Made by a program: the position numbers and the translations under genes. Below are positions 52,801 through 61,457 of a DNA stretch of 64,000 bases, piece after piece. Location: assembly GCA_964473465.1 (NCBI GenBank), contig CAYYPE010000002.1, positions 243,826 through 307,825 on the forward strand. The letters run 5' to 3'. Position 1 is the stretch's first letter, and each line of letters opens with the position of its first letter. The notes under the pieces are model-generated. The model was given only the letters and a program-made list of their open reading frames with translations, did not search any database and was not told the DNA's origin. This DNA comes from an uncultured Hyphomicrobiales bacterium. Its GTDB lineage: Bacteria; Bacteroidota; Ignavibacteria; Kapaibacteriales; UBA2268.

Positions 52801-53007
52801 GGGAATCTTGTCGGTATTGATGAAACCGAAATTGAGTTGCTCGAAAAGCAAGGCAAAACAAAGGAAGCTATTGATAAGGCAGATTCATTATATAGAAAAT
52901 ATTCTTCTGATCAGGACCCGCTAATTCAATCAATGGCAAGATATATGGATGAGCAAATTAAGAGATTAGGTGGAAATTCAAGGAACGACACCGCAAAGAA
53001 TCAATAA
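49852..53007 (+). CDS. DUF2723-family polytopic membrane protein (PMT/GT-C-like glycosyltransferase with C-terminal soluble TPR-like domain)
   Basis: N-terminal VQPSVPFWDCGEFSAAA motif typical of DUF2723; about 11 TM helices in the first 560 aa; large hydrophilic C-terminal half. Confidence 0.7.
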   Translation: MDNNKAYYWGFGILSFLVTFIVYSLTVQPSVPFWDCGEFSAAAIWQQVPHPPGAPLFLMLGSLFQFLIPFGDLGWRMNMLSVFSTSFTILLLYMITVKVIMNFRKEEISDLADRLMVYGSAFVGALAFCFSDTLWFNGVESEVYATSSLFTALVVFLMMKWNEVADNPGHERYLLLIAYILGLSTGVHLLAILTVFSIVMVIYFRKYEINTKSFILMGIIALVVFFIAYQFVIMWLPTMLAGDSPFKNEARERIIEDSPVMTLFAIAIIGGAIALLWYGIKKKYHMLKLTTTFFLLILFGFTTYTHILLRSNANPPMNENEPKNFPKLVSYLGREQYGEQRMWPRRTDYNDEQKKFYYNQRDENGNYVYGEWYEPETKRVVRKDGQAISVPDWSNVNTEGELNYLWKYQIVHMYMRYFFWNFVGRQSDVQDADFAFLDKGESDILNYKSGFADKFPVRFFALPLILGLIGIYFHFTKDKKMAWVFLVMFLLMGVLAAIAQNQQNPQPRERDYFYTGSFMVFCMWIGLGTYALVEWIFKQKKAPALVSLIIAGCLLLVPVNMAIGGWNIHTRAGNYIPFDYSYNILQSCEKDAILFTNGDNDTFPLWFLQDVEGVRRDVRVVNLSLGQTLWYIDQLKNREPWGAKKIPLSFSDESLRVSETDERALSYDFGEAKNITIPVKKEILAEYTDDQNIINSGQMNFTFVGSQLGERDGKTYYVFYVNNKLILDILQQTKFERPVYFSSSVGPDVFSGLGRHLRYEGMAMRVCPVPVNSLKTGKIYEKVMDACLMNVDNSNNFSREPKFGFKLRNLDGNSYYYYDEVHRRLMTNYRILYLNYATYQLETKKDSAKCIKVIDMMNKYISPVYFPLYHDEESQIALLYNEAGDKEKAREWARRTIKSCNEILSNNKLRRDRVETLADEMKGRHGVHKSAAEAYKILGDYNSAREKLMALYTISRQALSSIQGNPQYQNEASQVQKNIYDILGNLVGIDETEIELLEKQGKTKEAIDKADSLYRKYSSDQDPLIQSMARYMDEQIKRLGGNSRNDTAKNQ

Positions 53008-53019
53008 ATTCTGACAGAA

Positions 53020-53721
53020 ATGTTCAAACCCGATATTTCATTGATTATACCTGCTTATAACGAAGCTGAGAGGATTGGAAATTCCCTCCTCTCAGCTCAA
53101 AATTACCTTAAAGATAATTTTGAGACATATGAGATTGTTGTAGTAGATGATGGTTCAACCGATGGAACTGCGAATTTAGCAAGAAATTACGGCGATTCTG
53201 TCAAAGTCTTCCAGCTGGAAAGAAACTCAGGCAAAGGTGCAGCTGTTAGAAAAGGCATGCTTGAATCTTCCGGTCGAATCCGTGTTTTTTCGGATGCTGA
53301 CTTTTCCACACCCATTTATGAGCTAAAAAAAATAATTAATGAATTAGAAAGTGGAGCTGATATTTGTATCGGTAGCAGAGCCATTCAACCTGAATTGATC
53401 AAGGTTCATCAGCCTTTTTTCAGGGAACTTCTTGGGAAAACGTTTAATTTGTTTGTTAGGATTATACTCTTTTCTGGAATAAAGGATACTCAATGTGGTT
53501 TCAAAGGCTTTAAAGACTATGCTGCCGAGCAGGTTTTCAGCAAAGCCAAAATTGACGGCTTCGGATTTGATGTCGAAATCATATACATAGCAAAGAAAGA
53601 AAATTTCAGAATAAAACAGGTTCCTGTTGAATGGTTTAATGATGACCGAACTACGGTTAGCCCCGTAAAAGGCTTAAAGGCTTTTTTTGAACTATTTGAG
53701 ATAAAGCGGCTCCATAAATAA
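53020..53721 (+). CDS. GT2 polyprenol-phosphate sugar synthase (DPM1/GtrB-like, soluble form)
   Basis: ISLIIPAYNEAERIGNSL...YEIVVVDDGSTDGT...SGKGAAVRKGM; 233 aa, no TM. Confidence 0.85.
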   Translation: MFKPDISLIIPAYNEAERIGNSLLSAQNYLKDNFETYEIVVVDDGSTDGTANLARNYGDSVKVFQLERNSGKGAAVRKGMLESSGRIRVFSDADFSTPIYELKKIINELESGADICIGSRAIQPELIKVHQPFFRELLGKTFNLFVRIILFSGIKDTQCGFKGFKDYAAEQVFSKAKIDGFGFDVEIIYIAKKENFRIKQVPVEWFNDDRTTVSPVKGLKAFFELFEIKRLHK

Positions 53722-54990
53722 ATGGAAGAATTTTTATTTAATCCGGTCATCAAAAAGTTCAATCAATTAATTGAAGTATTAAAATCTAAAGACAGCAGCT
53801 GGAAAAAAAACCTCATTTATTTATCATTAGCTCAATTTATTGCTATGGCTGGAATGAGTTCCTGCGTCCCCTTCCTACCATTATTTATAAGGGATCTGGG
53901 CATTACCGATATGAATGATGCCAAGCTATGGAGCGGCATTGTTTTTTCAGGTCCTTATATATTTTCAATTATTACTGTCCCTATCTGGGGGGCTCTGGGC
54001 GATAAATATGGGCGAAAACTGATGGTAATCAGGGCTATTCTTGGGCTTGCTTTATCAATGGTGCTAATGGGCTTTTCTCAGAATGTCTATCAGTTGTTCT
54101 TTTTCCGTGTGCTTCAGGGAGCATTGAGCGGTTATGTAGCTGCTTCATTAGCATTTGTTATTGCAAATACACCAAAAGAGCGTTCAGGTTATGCAATTGG
54201 TATTCTTCAAAGTTCTCAATCTGCCGGAACCATTATTGGACCATTCATAGGCGGCGTTATCTCCGATTTGTTTGGCTTGAGAATTGTTTTTTTTATTGTT
54301 GGTGGCTTGTGCCTTGTGAGCAGTTTTTTAATCATTAAATTTGTTCAGGAGAATTCAGTAAAAGAAGCTATAAAAAAAGACGAAAGCTTATTCAAAAATT
54401 TGAGAATAGTAAAAAATTCAAAGGGATTAACAAATATATTAATATTGATTATAATTTCGCAGGCAGGAATTCTATTTACTCAGCCGATTTTCCCTTATTT
54501 TGTTGAACAACTAAACGCCCCAGCTAAATACCTTTCCACTATCACAGGCTTGCTTGTTGGTATTGTTGGAATTTTTACGATCATCTTTGCACCTATCTGG
54601 GGCAGGCGAAATGACAGAAAGGATTATAAAAAAACTCTAATGGTGAGTCTCTTAGTTTCTGCTATTGTTATGTTAAGCCATCTTTTTGTTCCATCTTATT
54701 ATTATTTATTTCCATTAAGGATTCTACTTGGAGTGTTTTTTGCCGGAATTCTTCCATCATTATTCACCGCATTGAGCAAAAGAACTGACCCACAAAATGC
54801 CGGAGGGGTTATGGGGTTGGCTTCGAGTGCAAATCTCTTTGGTGCATTAATCAGTTTTTTATTATGTGGTATTGTTTCTTCAGCATTAAGCATAGAATGG
54901 TGTTTTATTATTTCATCTCTATTGCTCTTTTTGTCAGTCGCTTTAAATTTTAGACCCTTTTTAGAAAATAAGTTAAAAATATCTTTATGA
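53722..54990 (+). CDS. MFS transporter
   Basis: 12 TM helices; motif A GALGDKYGRKLMV between TM2 and TM3; start overlaps the GT2 stop. Confidence 0.8.
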   Translation: MEEFLFNPVIKKFNQLIEVLKSKDSSWKKNLIYLSLAQFIAMAGMSSCVPFLPLFIRDLGITDMNDAKLWSGIVFSGPYIFSIITVPIWGALGDKYGRKLMVIRAILGLALSMVLMGFSQNVYQLFFFRVLQGALSGYVAASLAFVIANTPKERSGYAIGILQSSQSAGTIIGPFIGGVISDLFGLRIVFFIVGGLCLVSSFLIIKFVQENSVKEAIKKDESLFKNLRIVKNSKGLTNILILIIISQAGILFTQPIFPYFVEQLNAPAKYLSTITGLLVGIVGIFTIIFAPIWGRRNDRKDYKKTLMVSLLVSAIVMLSHLFVPSYYYLFPLRILLGVFFAGILPSLFTALSKRTDPQNAGGVMGLASSANLFGALISFLLCGIVSSALSIEWCFIISSLLLFLSVALNFRPFLENKLKISL

Positions 54991-55859
54991 TTTATTATTT
55001 TGTCTTAACTTATTTTTACAAAAAAATAAAAATTGGTATGAGAATAAATAAATTAATATTGATCTTGATTACTGCAGCTGGCTTGATTCAACTTAGCTGT
55101 GGAGATAGTGGACTGTCAAGCTCAGAGCCGATTGATATAAAGGAAGGTATGAGAATATTTTTTTTAACTCAGGAGTTACCTGCCAATAATATAATGGATT
55201 TAGTCAAAGATGATAATTTTCAGACCTTTTTTTATCTTTCATTGACCAATGATGCTGTTTTAACTGGTAGTTTACCTTCATCTGAAAGCATGGCTTATGC
55301 ACTATCATATATTGATTACCCAAGCAAATTAAAATATCAGAAATTTGACGAGATTGAAATGGAAAACCTCACTCCATTGGTATTTCCAACTAAATTTGAG
55401 ATGCCTGTCAATTGGAATAGATTTAAATATCAGTTCGGGAAAAAATACTTTTGGGAACTCTCAATGCATAACGAAGAAATTTATTATGATACTATCAAAA
55501 CCTGTGATGACTTACAAAAATTTTATGTTAATATCAAGGATACAATTATTTCCTTGAGCACATCAATTAATTTAAGATGGACAAAATCAAGCGAAAAGAC
55601 TCATTTGTGGTTAAGAATGGTATATAATGGAGTTGGAGCAGATACATTAAAAAAGATTAGTGGTTTCAAAATTGATGATAATGGCAGTTATATTTTTAAT
55701 CCTGGGGATTTAGAAAAGTTTGGGGTAAAACCGGTTGGTAAAATAACTTTTAAGCTTTACAGGTATTCATTAAAAATCAAAGATTTTGGTGACGGCAAAA
55801 GAAAAGTATTATTCATGACCGCCGCTGAATCAAGTGTTTATGCACATTTAAAAGAATAG
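54987..55859 (+). CDS. hypothetical lipoprotein
   Basis: Probable true start at internal Met (MRINKLILILITAAGLIQLSCGDSG) with lipobox; no recognisable motif. Confidence 0.45.
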   Translation: MIYYFVLTYFYKKIKIGMRINKLILILITAAGLIQLSCGDSGLSSSEPIDIKEGMRIFFLTQELPANNIMDLVKDDNFQTFFYLSLTNDAVLTGSLPSSESMAYALSYIDYPSKLKYQKFDEIEMENLTPLVFPTKFEMPVNWNRFKYQFGKKYFWELSMHNEEIYYDTIKTCDDLQKFYVNIKDTIISLSTSINLRWTKSSEKTHLWLRMVYNGVGADTLKKISGFKIDDNGSYIFNPGDLEKFGVKPVGKITFKLYRYSLKIKDFGDGKRKVLFMTAAESSVYAHLKE

Positions 55860-55887
55860 TTAGAATTGTCAAGAATAATTTTTAAAG

Positions 55888-56847
55888 ATGTATATTATGA
55901 TCATAATAAGAAACTTTTTCAGCTTGTTGATATTTTTTCTTGTTTTTTCTTTCAACCTATTGTCACAATCGGACACGACCAAATTCTGGACAGATGGTGG
56001 ATTTATTTCTATCGTTTTTAATCAGATTAGTCTTACTAATTGGGCTAAAGGTGGAGAAAGCAGTCTATCAAGCACTGCATTCCTTAATCTTTTTGCAAAT
56101 TACAAAAAAGATGGGCTTCAATGGGACAATAGTCTTGATATGGCATATGGAATTCAAAGTGGTGAGGAACTCGGTTTAAGAAAAAATGAAGACAAGATTG
56201 ATTTAAATTCTAAAGTTGGTTTGAATGCATTCAATCAGGTATTTTATACTGCCCTCTTAAATTTAAAAACTCAATTCACTTATGGCTATAATTATCCTAA
56301 TGACACCGATGTCGTATCCAAATTTTTTGCACCGGGTTATTTAATTACTTCTCTTGGGTTAGATTATAAACCTGTGGATTACTTTTCAGTGTATTTATCA
56401 CCAGCCACCGGTAGATTCATCTTTGTTCTTGACCAGAAACTTGCCGATCAAGGTGCTTATGGAGTTGATAAAGCTATTTATGACAATAATGGCAATCTGA
56501 TTGAAAGCGGGAAAACGCTCAAACCAGAATTTGGTGCTTATCTTAAAGCTATTTTCAAAAAGGATATTTTCGAAAATGTTAATCTTGAATCAAAAATAGC
56601 TCTCTTTAATAATTATACTGATAAAGATCCGGGTAATCGCAAAAATATTGATGTTGACTGGGAAACCAATATAATGATGAAAATCAATAAATTCATCACT
56701 GCAAATATAATTCTACATTTAATTTATGATGAAAATATAAAAATTCCGATATACGAAAAAATTAACGGTGTTAAGACAAAAGTTGGAGAAGGTTCTCGTT
56801 TACAGATAAAGGAAGTATTTGGGCTCGGTTTTTCTTTTAAATTTTAG
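55888..56847 (+). CDS. DUF3078-like outer-membrane beta-barrel protein
   Basis: Signal peptide; SLTNWAKGGESSLSSTAF motif characteristic of DUF3078; C-terminal GLGFSFKF strand. Confidence 0.5.
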   Translation: MYIMIIIRNFFSLLIFFLVFSFNLLSQSDTTKFWTDGGFISIVFNQISLTNWAKGGESSLSSTAFLNLFANYKKDGLQWDNSLDMAYGIQSGEELGLRKNEDKIDLNSKVGLNAFNQVFYTALLNLKTQFTYGYNYPNDTDVVSKFFAPGYLITSLGLDYKPVDYFSVYLSPATGRFIFVLDQKLADQGAYGVDKAIYDNNGNLIESGKTLKPEFGAYLKAIFKKDIFENVNLESKIALFNNYTDKDPGNRKNIDVDWETNIMMKINKFITANIILHLIYDENIKIPIYEKINGVKTKVGEGSRLQIKEVFGLGFSFKF

Positions 56848-56912
56848 GAGACCTTCTGAAAAAATTTTCAGGGAAATATCCGTTCAGCTTCTGGCTCTTC
56901 AACATTCTTCAA

Positions 56913-58256
56913 ATGGTCGAAAAATTAGCTTACTGGAATGTTTTGCTCCAGATGCCTGTCTATATAGCTCAGAAAGATGCCGCCGGCGGACTTCACTGGG
57001 ATCAGGCATTAAAGGGATTCATATTCTTGGTATGGGCTTTGTTCCAGAATGTAGTTCCTGTGTTTTCGGGTGGCTTCACTGATAGATATGGATATAAGAA
57101 GTCTTTTCTTGTTGCAATATCATTAATTTTCTGCGGATATCTTTTGTTAGGGACTCAAAGAGAGCTTGTTCCATTCATCATCGGCACAATTATTCTTGGC
57201 GTTGGTTCAGGAATTTTTCGCCCAACAATACAGGCAAGTATATCACACTCTGTCTCGGCTGACACCGAAGCCAAAGCGTGGAGTATATATATTATGCTAA
57301 TCAATGTTGCAGTTATGCTAACCCCACCTCTGTCGAAATATATGAAGGAGATATCATGGACTTCAGTTTTCTTTGCAAGTGCGGGTTTGACTTTACTCAA
57401 TCTTTTAATTGTTCTATTTTATAAACAATTACCCGAAAACAAATCAGAAACTTATGAAAAAGCCATAGATGTTTTAAAAGAAATCTACCAAAACCTGTTC
57501 AAATCTGACACAATTTGGTTTTTACTAAGTATGTCGGGATTTATAATAATTTATATGCAGTTCTACGAAACCCTTCCAAATTATATTATTGATTGGTCTG
57601 ATACTTCTGAATTGGCAAAAACGTTGAACCTGCCGGATTTTATGCTGACAAAAACACAGAACGGTAAAATAATTTCTTATGAGTGGATTTATAATTTTAA
57701 TTCAATTTTGGTTATTTTATTCGTGGTTTTTGTGGCATCAATCACAAAGAATTTTAACCGGCTTAAAGTGATTTCAGCAGGAATAATTCTCGCTACTTTT
57801 GGGCTTCAGTTATGCGGACTTTCAAGAGAGGGATATTTACTGATTGGTGGCGTTATGTTATATACTTTCGGAGAAATGACAGTTAATCCAAAATTTTTGG
57901 AGCATCTTTCCAAAAAAGCTCAAGCTGGACAAAAAGCTTTATACATGGGCTACCTGAATTTATCATATACGATTGGTTTGTCTATTGGTGCCTTATCTGG
58001 CGGGTTTATATATAAACATTTTGGAGAAAAAGCTTTCCTTGCATCCAGATATTTGGAAGAATTTTACGGAATAAAAGAATTAAATTTATCTAATGCTTTC
58101 GATAAACTAAGAAATGTAGCTAATATGAATTCATCAGAACTAAGCAATCTTCTCTGGAATCATTATCAACCTCACTATATTTGGTTTCCTTATGTTTTAA
58201 TTGGAATAATATCTGCTTTATCAATACTTGTTCTTAACAAGAAGAAATTCAAATAA
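56913..58256 (+). CDS. MFS transporter, AmpG/LplT-like with large central insertion. Coordinates are from the first ATG; the probable true start is CTG 56856.
   Basis: Motif A GGFTDRYGYKK after TM2; TM1 appears to begin upstream of the first ATG in the same frame (see findings). Confidence 0.75.
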   Translation: MVEKLAYWNVLLQMPVYIAQKDAAGGLHWDQALKGFIFLVWALFQNVVPVFSGGFTDRYGYKKSFLVAISLIFCGYLLLGTQRELVPFIIGTIILGVGSGIFRPTIQASISHSVSADTEAKAWSIYIMLINVAVMLTPPLSKYMKEISWTSVFFASAGLTLLNLLIVLFYKQLPENKSETYEKAIDVLKEIYQNLFKSDTIWFLLSMSGFIIIYMQFYETLPNYIIDWSDTSELAKTLNLPDFMLTKTQNGKIISYEWIYNFNSILVILFVVFVASITKNFNRLKVISAGIILATFGLQLCGLSREGYLLIGGVMLYTFGEMTVNPKFLEHLSKKAQAGQKALYMGYLNLSYTIGLSIGALSGGFIYKHFGEKAFLASRYLEEFYGIKELNLSNAFDKLRNVANMNSSELSNLLWNHYQPHYIWFPYVLIGIISALSILVLNKKKFK

Positions 58257-58383
58257 TCTTTGTAGTTCAAAATATTACAAAAAAATAACAAAAAATATGA
58301 TTTATATTGATTTTTTCTTTATTATATTAATTCATCAAAAAATTAACAATCTTAATAAGGAAAAAATTTTGGAGTAAAATTTT

Positions 58384-61182
58384 ATGAAAAAACTTATAAT
58401 ACTCATTTTAATCATTATTTCTGGATTATCCAATGCAAATAGCCAGCCTGACCTGATAAATCTCGAGATGAGCAATTCCAACCTTGGGAAAAATTTCTGG
58501 GTAGCAATTCCTCAGAATGATGTTTCAAATAGTGGATTGAGACAGGAAGGAATTGAAATTGTTTGCACTCCAATCCGAAATACAACAATTTTTATGGAAG
58601 TGCCAGAGTTGGGTGTAATTAAATCGAAATCTGCTGAAGCTTTCAAGGTTACTTCTTTTTCTACTAATAATAATGATTTTGGCTGGACTATGGAAGTCAA
58701 CGAAAGCGAAGTTGTCTCGAAAAAGGGAATTCACCTTTATGCCGACCAACCTTTTTCTGTTTATGTTATAAATTCAAAACAATACTCTTCGGATGGTTAT
58801 GCCGCAATACCAGTAGAAGGATGGGACAAAGACTATTATCATTGTGCTTATTATGACTGGTATCAGAATTCTGGCGACGACCGAAACAAATACAGAGGTG
58901 CTGGTTTTATAGTTATAGCTTCAGAAAATGGGACAAACGTTACAATAAAACTTGACGGAGTCGGCAAAGGTTTCGCAACAACAGTCGGAGGTCTTGATAT
59001 AGGTGAAACGATTAATGTTCAATTAAACGAAGGTCAGACTTATTTAGTTCGTGGGGATGGTAAAACAAAAGGACAATTTGATTTAACCGGAACACTCATT
59101 TCCGCTAGTAAACCTATTGGTGTTGTATCTTTCCATCTTAGAACTATGATCCCATACCAATGCACTGAAGACAGAGACCATATTAACGAAATGATTCCCC
59201 CTATCTCGAGCCTTGGTAAAAGATATGCAACAGTTGCCTTCAATAGGACTCCCAGAGGAGGTGCTAAAGGAGAGGGAGATCTGTTCAGGGTTGTTGCCAC
59301 TCAAAAGCAAACTGATGTAAAATGTGATTTTTATGACAAGTCAACTCTCAAGTTAATCGGTCATCGTGACGTTCTGATACAGAATGCCGGGGGGTGGAAT
59401 GAAGTTGATCCTATTGGGGACGTCGGAAACAATAACACAAAAAAATCAGTTAGAGGTATTTCTTACTGGCAGAGTGATAAACCTTTCCTTTTGGTTCAAA
59501 ATGCTTTTTCGCAGCCTTGGGACGGAGATTCAAAATGGTCTCCTTTGAGCGTTGTTGTTCCTCCTATCGAACAATATGTGCCGGGTTTTGTTTTTCAAAC
59601 TCCGGACAAAACAGATTTTAATGATAATGAAATTACTTTGTTTGCCATTGGTGACCCGAATGATCCGGATAATAAACTTTTAAAATCTATAAAACATAAT
59701 GGAACGGAAATCTGGAAAAAATATCCTCAACTTTTTGGCAACAGAATAGAAGCTACTGATATCTATTGGATTAGATTTAAAGTTGAATTAGGAACACATA
59801 ACATAACGTCCGATACAAAAATTGGTGGCTTTCTCAACGGTTTCAGCAGTTTCAATGCATACGGTTACCCTGTCGGAATGGGGACTAATAAAATTGATGA
59901 ATATGATGTTGAGCCACCTGTGTTAACAAAATCAGGAAAATGCGGAAGCTTTAATTATGAAGCAACAGAAATAAAGGTCGGAAAAGTTACTGATAATCCT
60001 CGTCAGTTAGATCAGGGTTTGAAAAGAATAGCTTTTTTCTCGGAAAAGTCATATAATTTTAATTTTTCGATGGAAAATCCGAATAATTTCAAGCCTCAAA
60101 TGAAAATATCAAGGCAGAAATTCTCCCTAAATGTAGTTGACCCGACCAAACCAGCTTATGCAATTGTTGGAGTTATGGATAGAGCCGGGAATTTTATTCT
60201 TGATACTATTAATTACCTACCTGAAGTCATTGATTACAAAGAATCCTTAGGCGAACTTGGTATTCTTCATTTCGGTCAAGTTAGAGCTCAAAGAACAAAG
60301 GAGCTTCCGGTTAAATTAACAAATAATTCCGGAAGACCAATAAACTTCACAAGCGTTTCAATAAAAACCAGCTTTTTTGAGTTGAAGGATAACCCTTTTC
60401 CTTTTACTCTTGAAAATGGCGAATCCAAAGAGTTGATAGTTGTCTATTCTCCCAAAAACAGGACAGCCCCAAATGCACCAAATACCGACACACTGATTTT
60501 TAATTCCGAATGTTTAACTTATAAGATTCCCTTAATTGGCATAGGGGTGCTTCCTGCGATTAGTGCAGACCAGCATGATTTTGGCGAAGTTCTCCTCAAC
60601 AGTCGTTTATGCATTGAAGAGCAGAATAATAAGGGATTTAAAATTGAAAATACTGGAAATTATGAGCTAATAGTTAATGCCATTGAAAACATTAAGCCGC
60701 CATTTATGATGACAACACCAACTGAACCTACTTTTCCGTTCAGTGTAATGCCCGGCGAAAAAGTTTACCTCAAATCAATCTGCTTCATCCCAAACGATTC
60801 AATCGTGTTTGAGCAAAATATCACAATTAAAAGTGACGCCGAAAATGGTGATTTAACTGTCAAGCTGATAGGTAAAGGCAAAGCCAAACAACAAGATCCG
60901 AATTTAGTTACTGATAATGATATGTCTGATTTCGGAATTATCTCAGCATCTCAATTTGAAGATAAATTAAAAATTGATTTTAATCTTACATCGGCTTCGG
61001 ATTTGACAATCAATGTGTATGATTTGAAAGGTTTGGTTTTATCGACATTGAGGAAAAATATGGTCTTGTCAGGAAGAAACCATATCGAACTTGATGTTAA
61101 TTTCTTGCCCAGTGGTCTTTATTTCATCGAGATGCGAAGTGGAACAAATATTTCTGTGAAGAAATTCATCTTATTGAGATAG
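58384..61182 (+). CDS. secreted 932-aa protein with repeated Ig-like (ASH/choice-of-anchor-D-like) modules and T9SS C-terminal sorting domain
   Basis: Signal peptide; two modules with FGxV...TNxSxxPINFTSVSI.. pattern; C-terminal DLTINVYDLKGLVLSTL...GLYFIEMRSGTNISVKKFILLR resembles the T9SS CTD. Confidence 0.7.
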   Translation: MKKLIILILIIISGLSNANSQPDLINLEMSNSNLGKNFWVAIPQNDVSNSGLRQEGIEIVCTPIRNTTIFMEVPELGVIKSKSAEAFKVTSFSTNNNDFGWTMEVNESEVVSKKGIHLYADQPFSVYVINSKQYSSDGYAAIPVEGWDKDYYHCAYYDWYQNSGDDRNKYRGAGFIVIASENGTNVTIKLDGVGKGFATTVGGLDIGETINVQLNEGQTYLVRGDGKTKGQFDLTGTLISASKPIGVVSFHLRTMIPYQCTEDRDHINEMIPPISSLGKRYATVAFNRTPRGGAKGEGDLFRVVATQKQTDVKCDFYDKSTLKLIGHRDVLIQNAGGWNEVDPIGDVGNNNTKKSVRGISYWQSDKPFLLVQNAFSQPWDGDSKWSPLSVVVPPIEQYVPGFVFQTPDKTDFNDNEITLFAIGDPNDPDNKLLKSIKHNGTEIWKKYPQLFGNRIEATDIYWIRFKVELGTHNITSDTKIGGFLNGFSSFNAYGYPVGMGTNKIDEYDVEPPVLTKSGKCGSFNYEATEIKVGKVTDNPRQLDQGLKRIAFFSEKSYNFNFSMENPNNFKPQMKISRQKFSLNVVDPTKPAYAIVGVMDRAGNFILDTINYLPEVIDYKESLGELGILHFGQVRAQRTKELPVKLTNNSGRPINFTSVSIKTSFFELKDNPFPFTLENGESKELIVVYSPKNRTAPNAPNTDTLIFNSECLTYKIPLIGIGVLPAISADQHDFGEVLLNSRLCIEEQNNKGFKIENTGNYELIVNAIENIKPPFMMTTPTEPTFPFSVMPGEKVYLKSICFIPNDSIVFEQNITIKSDAENGDLTVKLIGKGKAKQQDPNLVTDNDMSDFGIISASQFEDKLKIDFNLTSASDLTINVYDLKGLVLSTLRKNMVLSGRNHIELDVNFLPSGLYFIEMRSGTNISVKKFILLR

Positions 61183-61209
61183 TAGTTAGATGGTTTTTGT
61201 TGTCTTTCA

Positions 61210-61247
61210 GGGCTGTTAATAGGTTTAACAGCCCATTATTTATGTTT
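61210..61247 (+). terminator. rho-independent terminator after the 58384..61182 gene
   Basis: Perfect 10-bp stem GGGCTGTTAA/TTAACAGCCC with 5-nt loop, T-rich tail. Confidence 0.75.
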
Positions 61248-61282
61248 CTTCTATCGAGTTGATAAAAAACTTGTCCATATAT

Positions 61283-61446
61283 ATCACGTAGTGATTATAT
61301 CATTAAATAATTTAATCGCTATGCGATAAGATTTGTTTTTATGTTAGTCTTGTTACCAAAATTTAATCACTACGTGATTAATATTTTTCTGTATTAATAT
61401 TATATTAAATCTGTTTTAAAAATGGCAATAAATCACGTAATGATTT
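61283..61446. repeat. cluster of four related short palindromes: ATCACgtaGTGAT (61283), ATCGCtatGCGAT (about 61314), TTAATCACtacGTGATTAA (61363-61381), AAATCAcgtaaTGATTT (61430-61446)
   Basis: Seen directly in the convergent intergenic region between the 58384 gene and the 61458 GT2; copy 2 is a perfect 8+3+8 inverted repeat and is the reverse complement of copy 1. Confidence 0.5.
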
Positions 61447-61457
61447 TATAATGGTAG

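Noticed and set aside
56819-57082. 87-aa plus-strand ORF overlapping the end of the DUF3078 gene and the start of the MFS gene
   Set aside because: Out of frame with the MFS gene, which has clear TM and motif-A coding signal in this region; Arg/Cys-rich translation looks like an alternative frame of real coding sequence.
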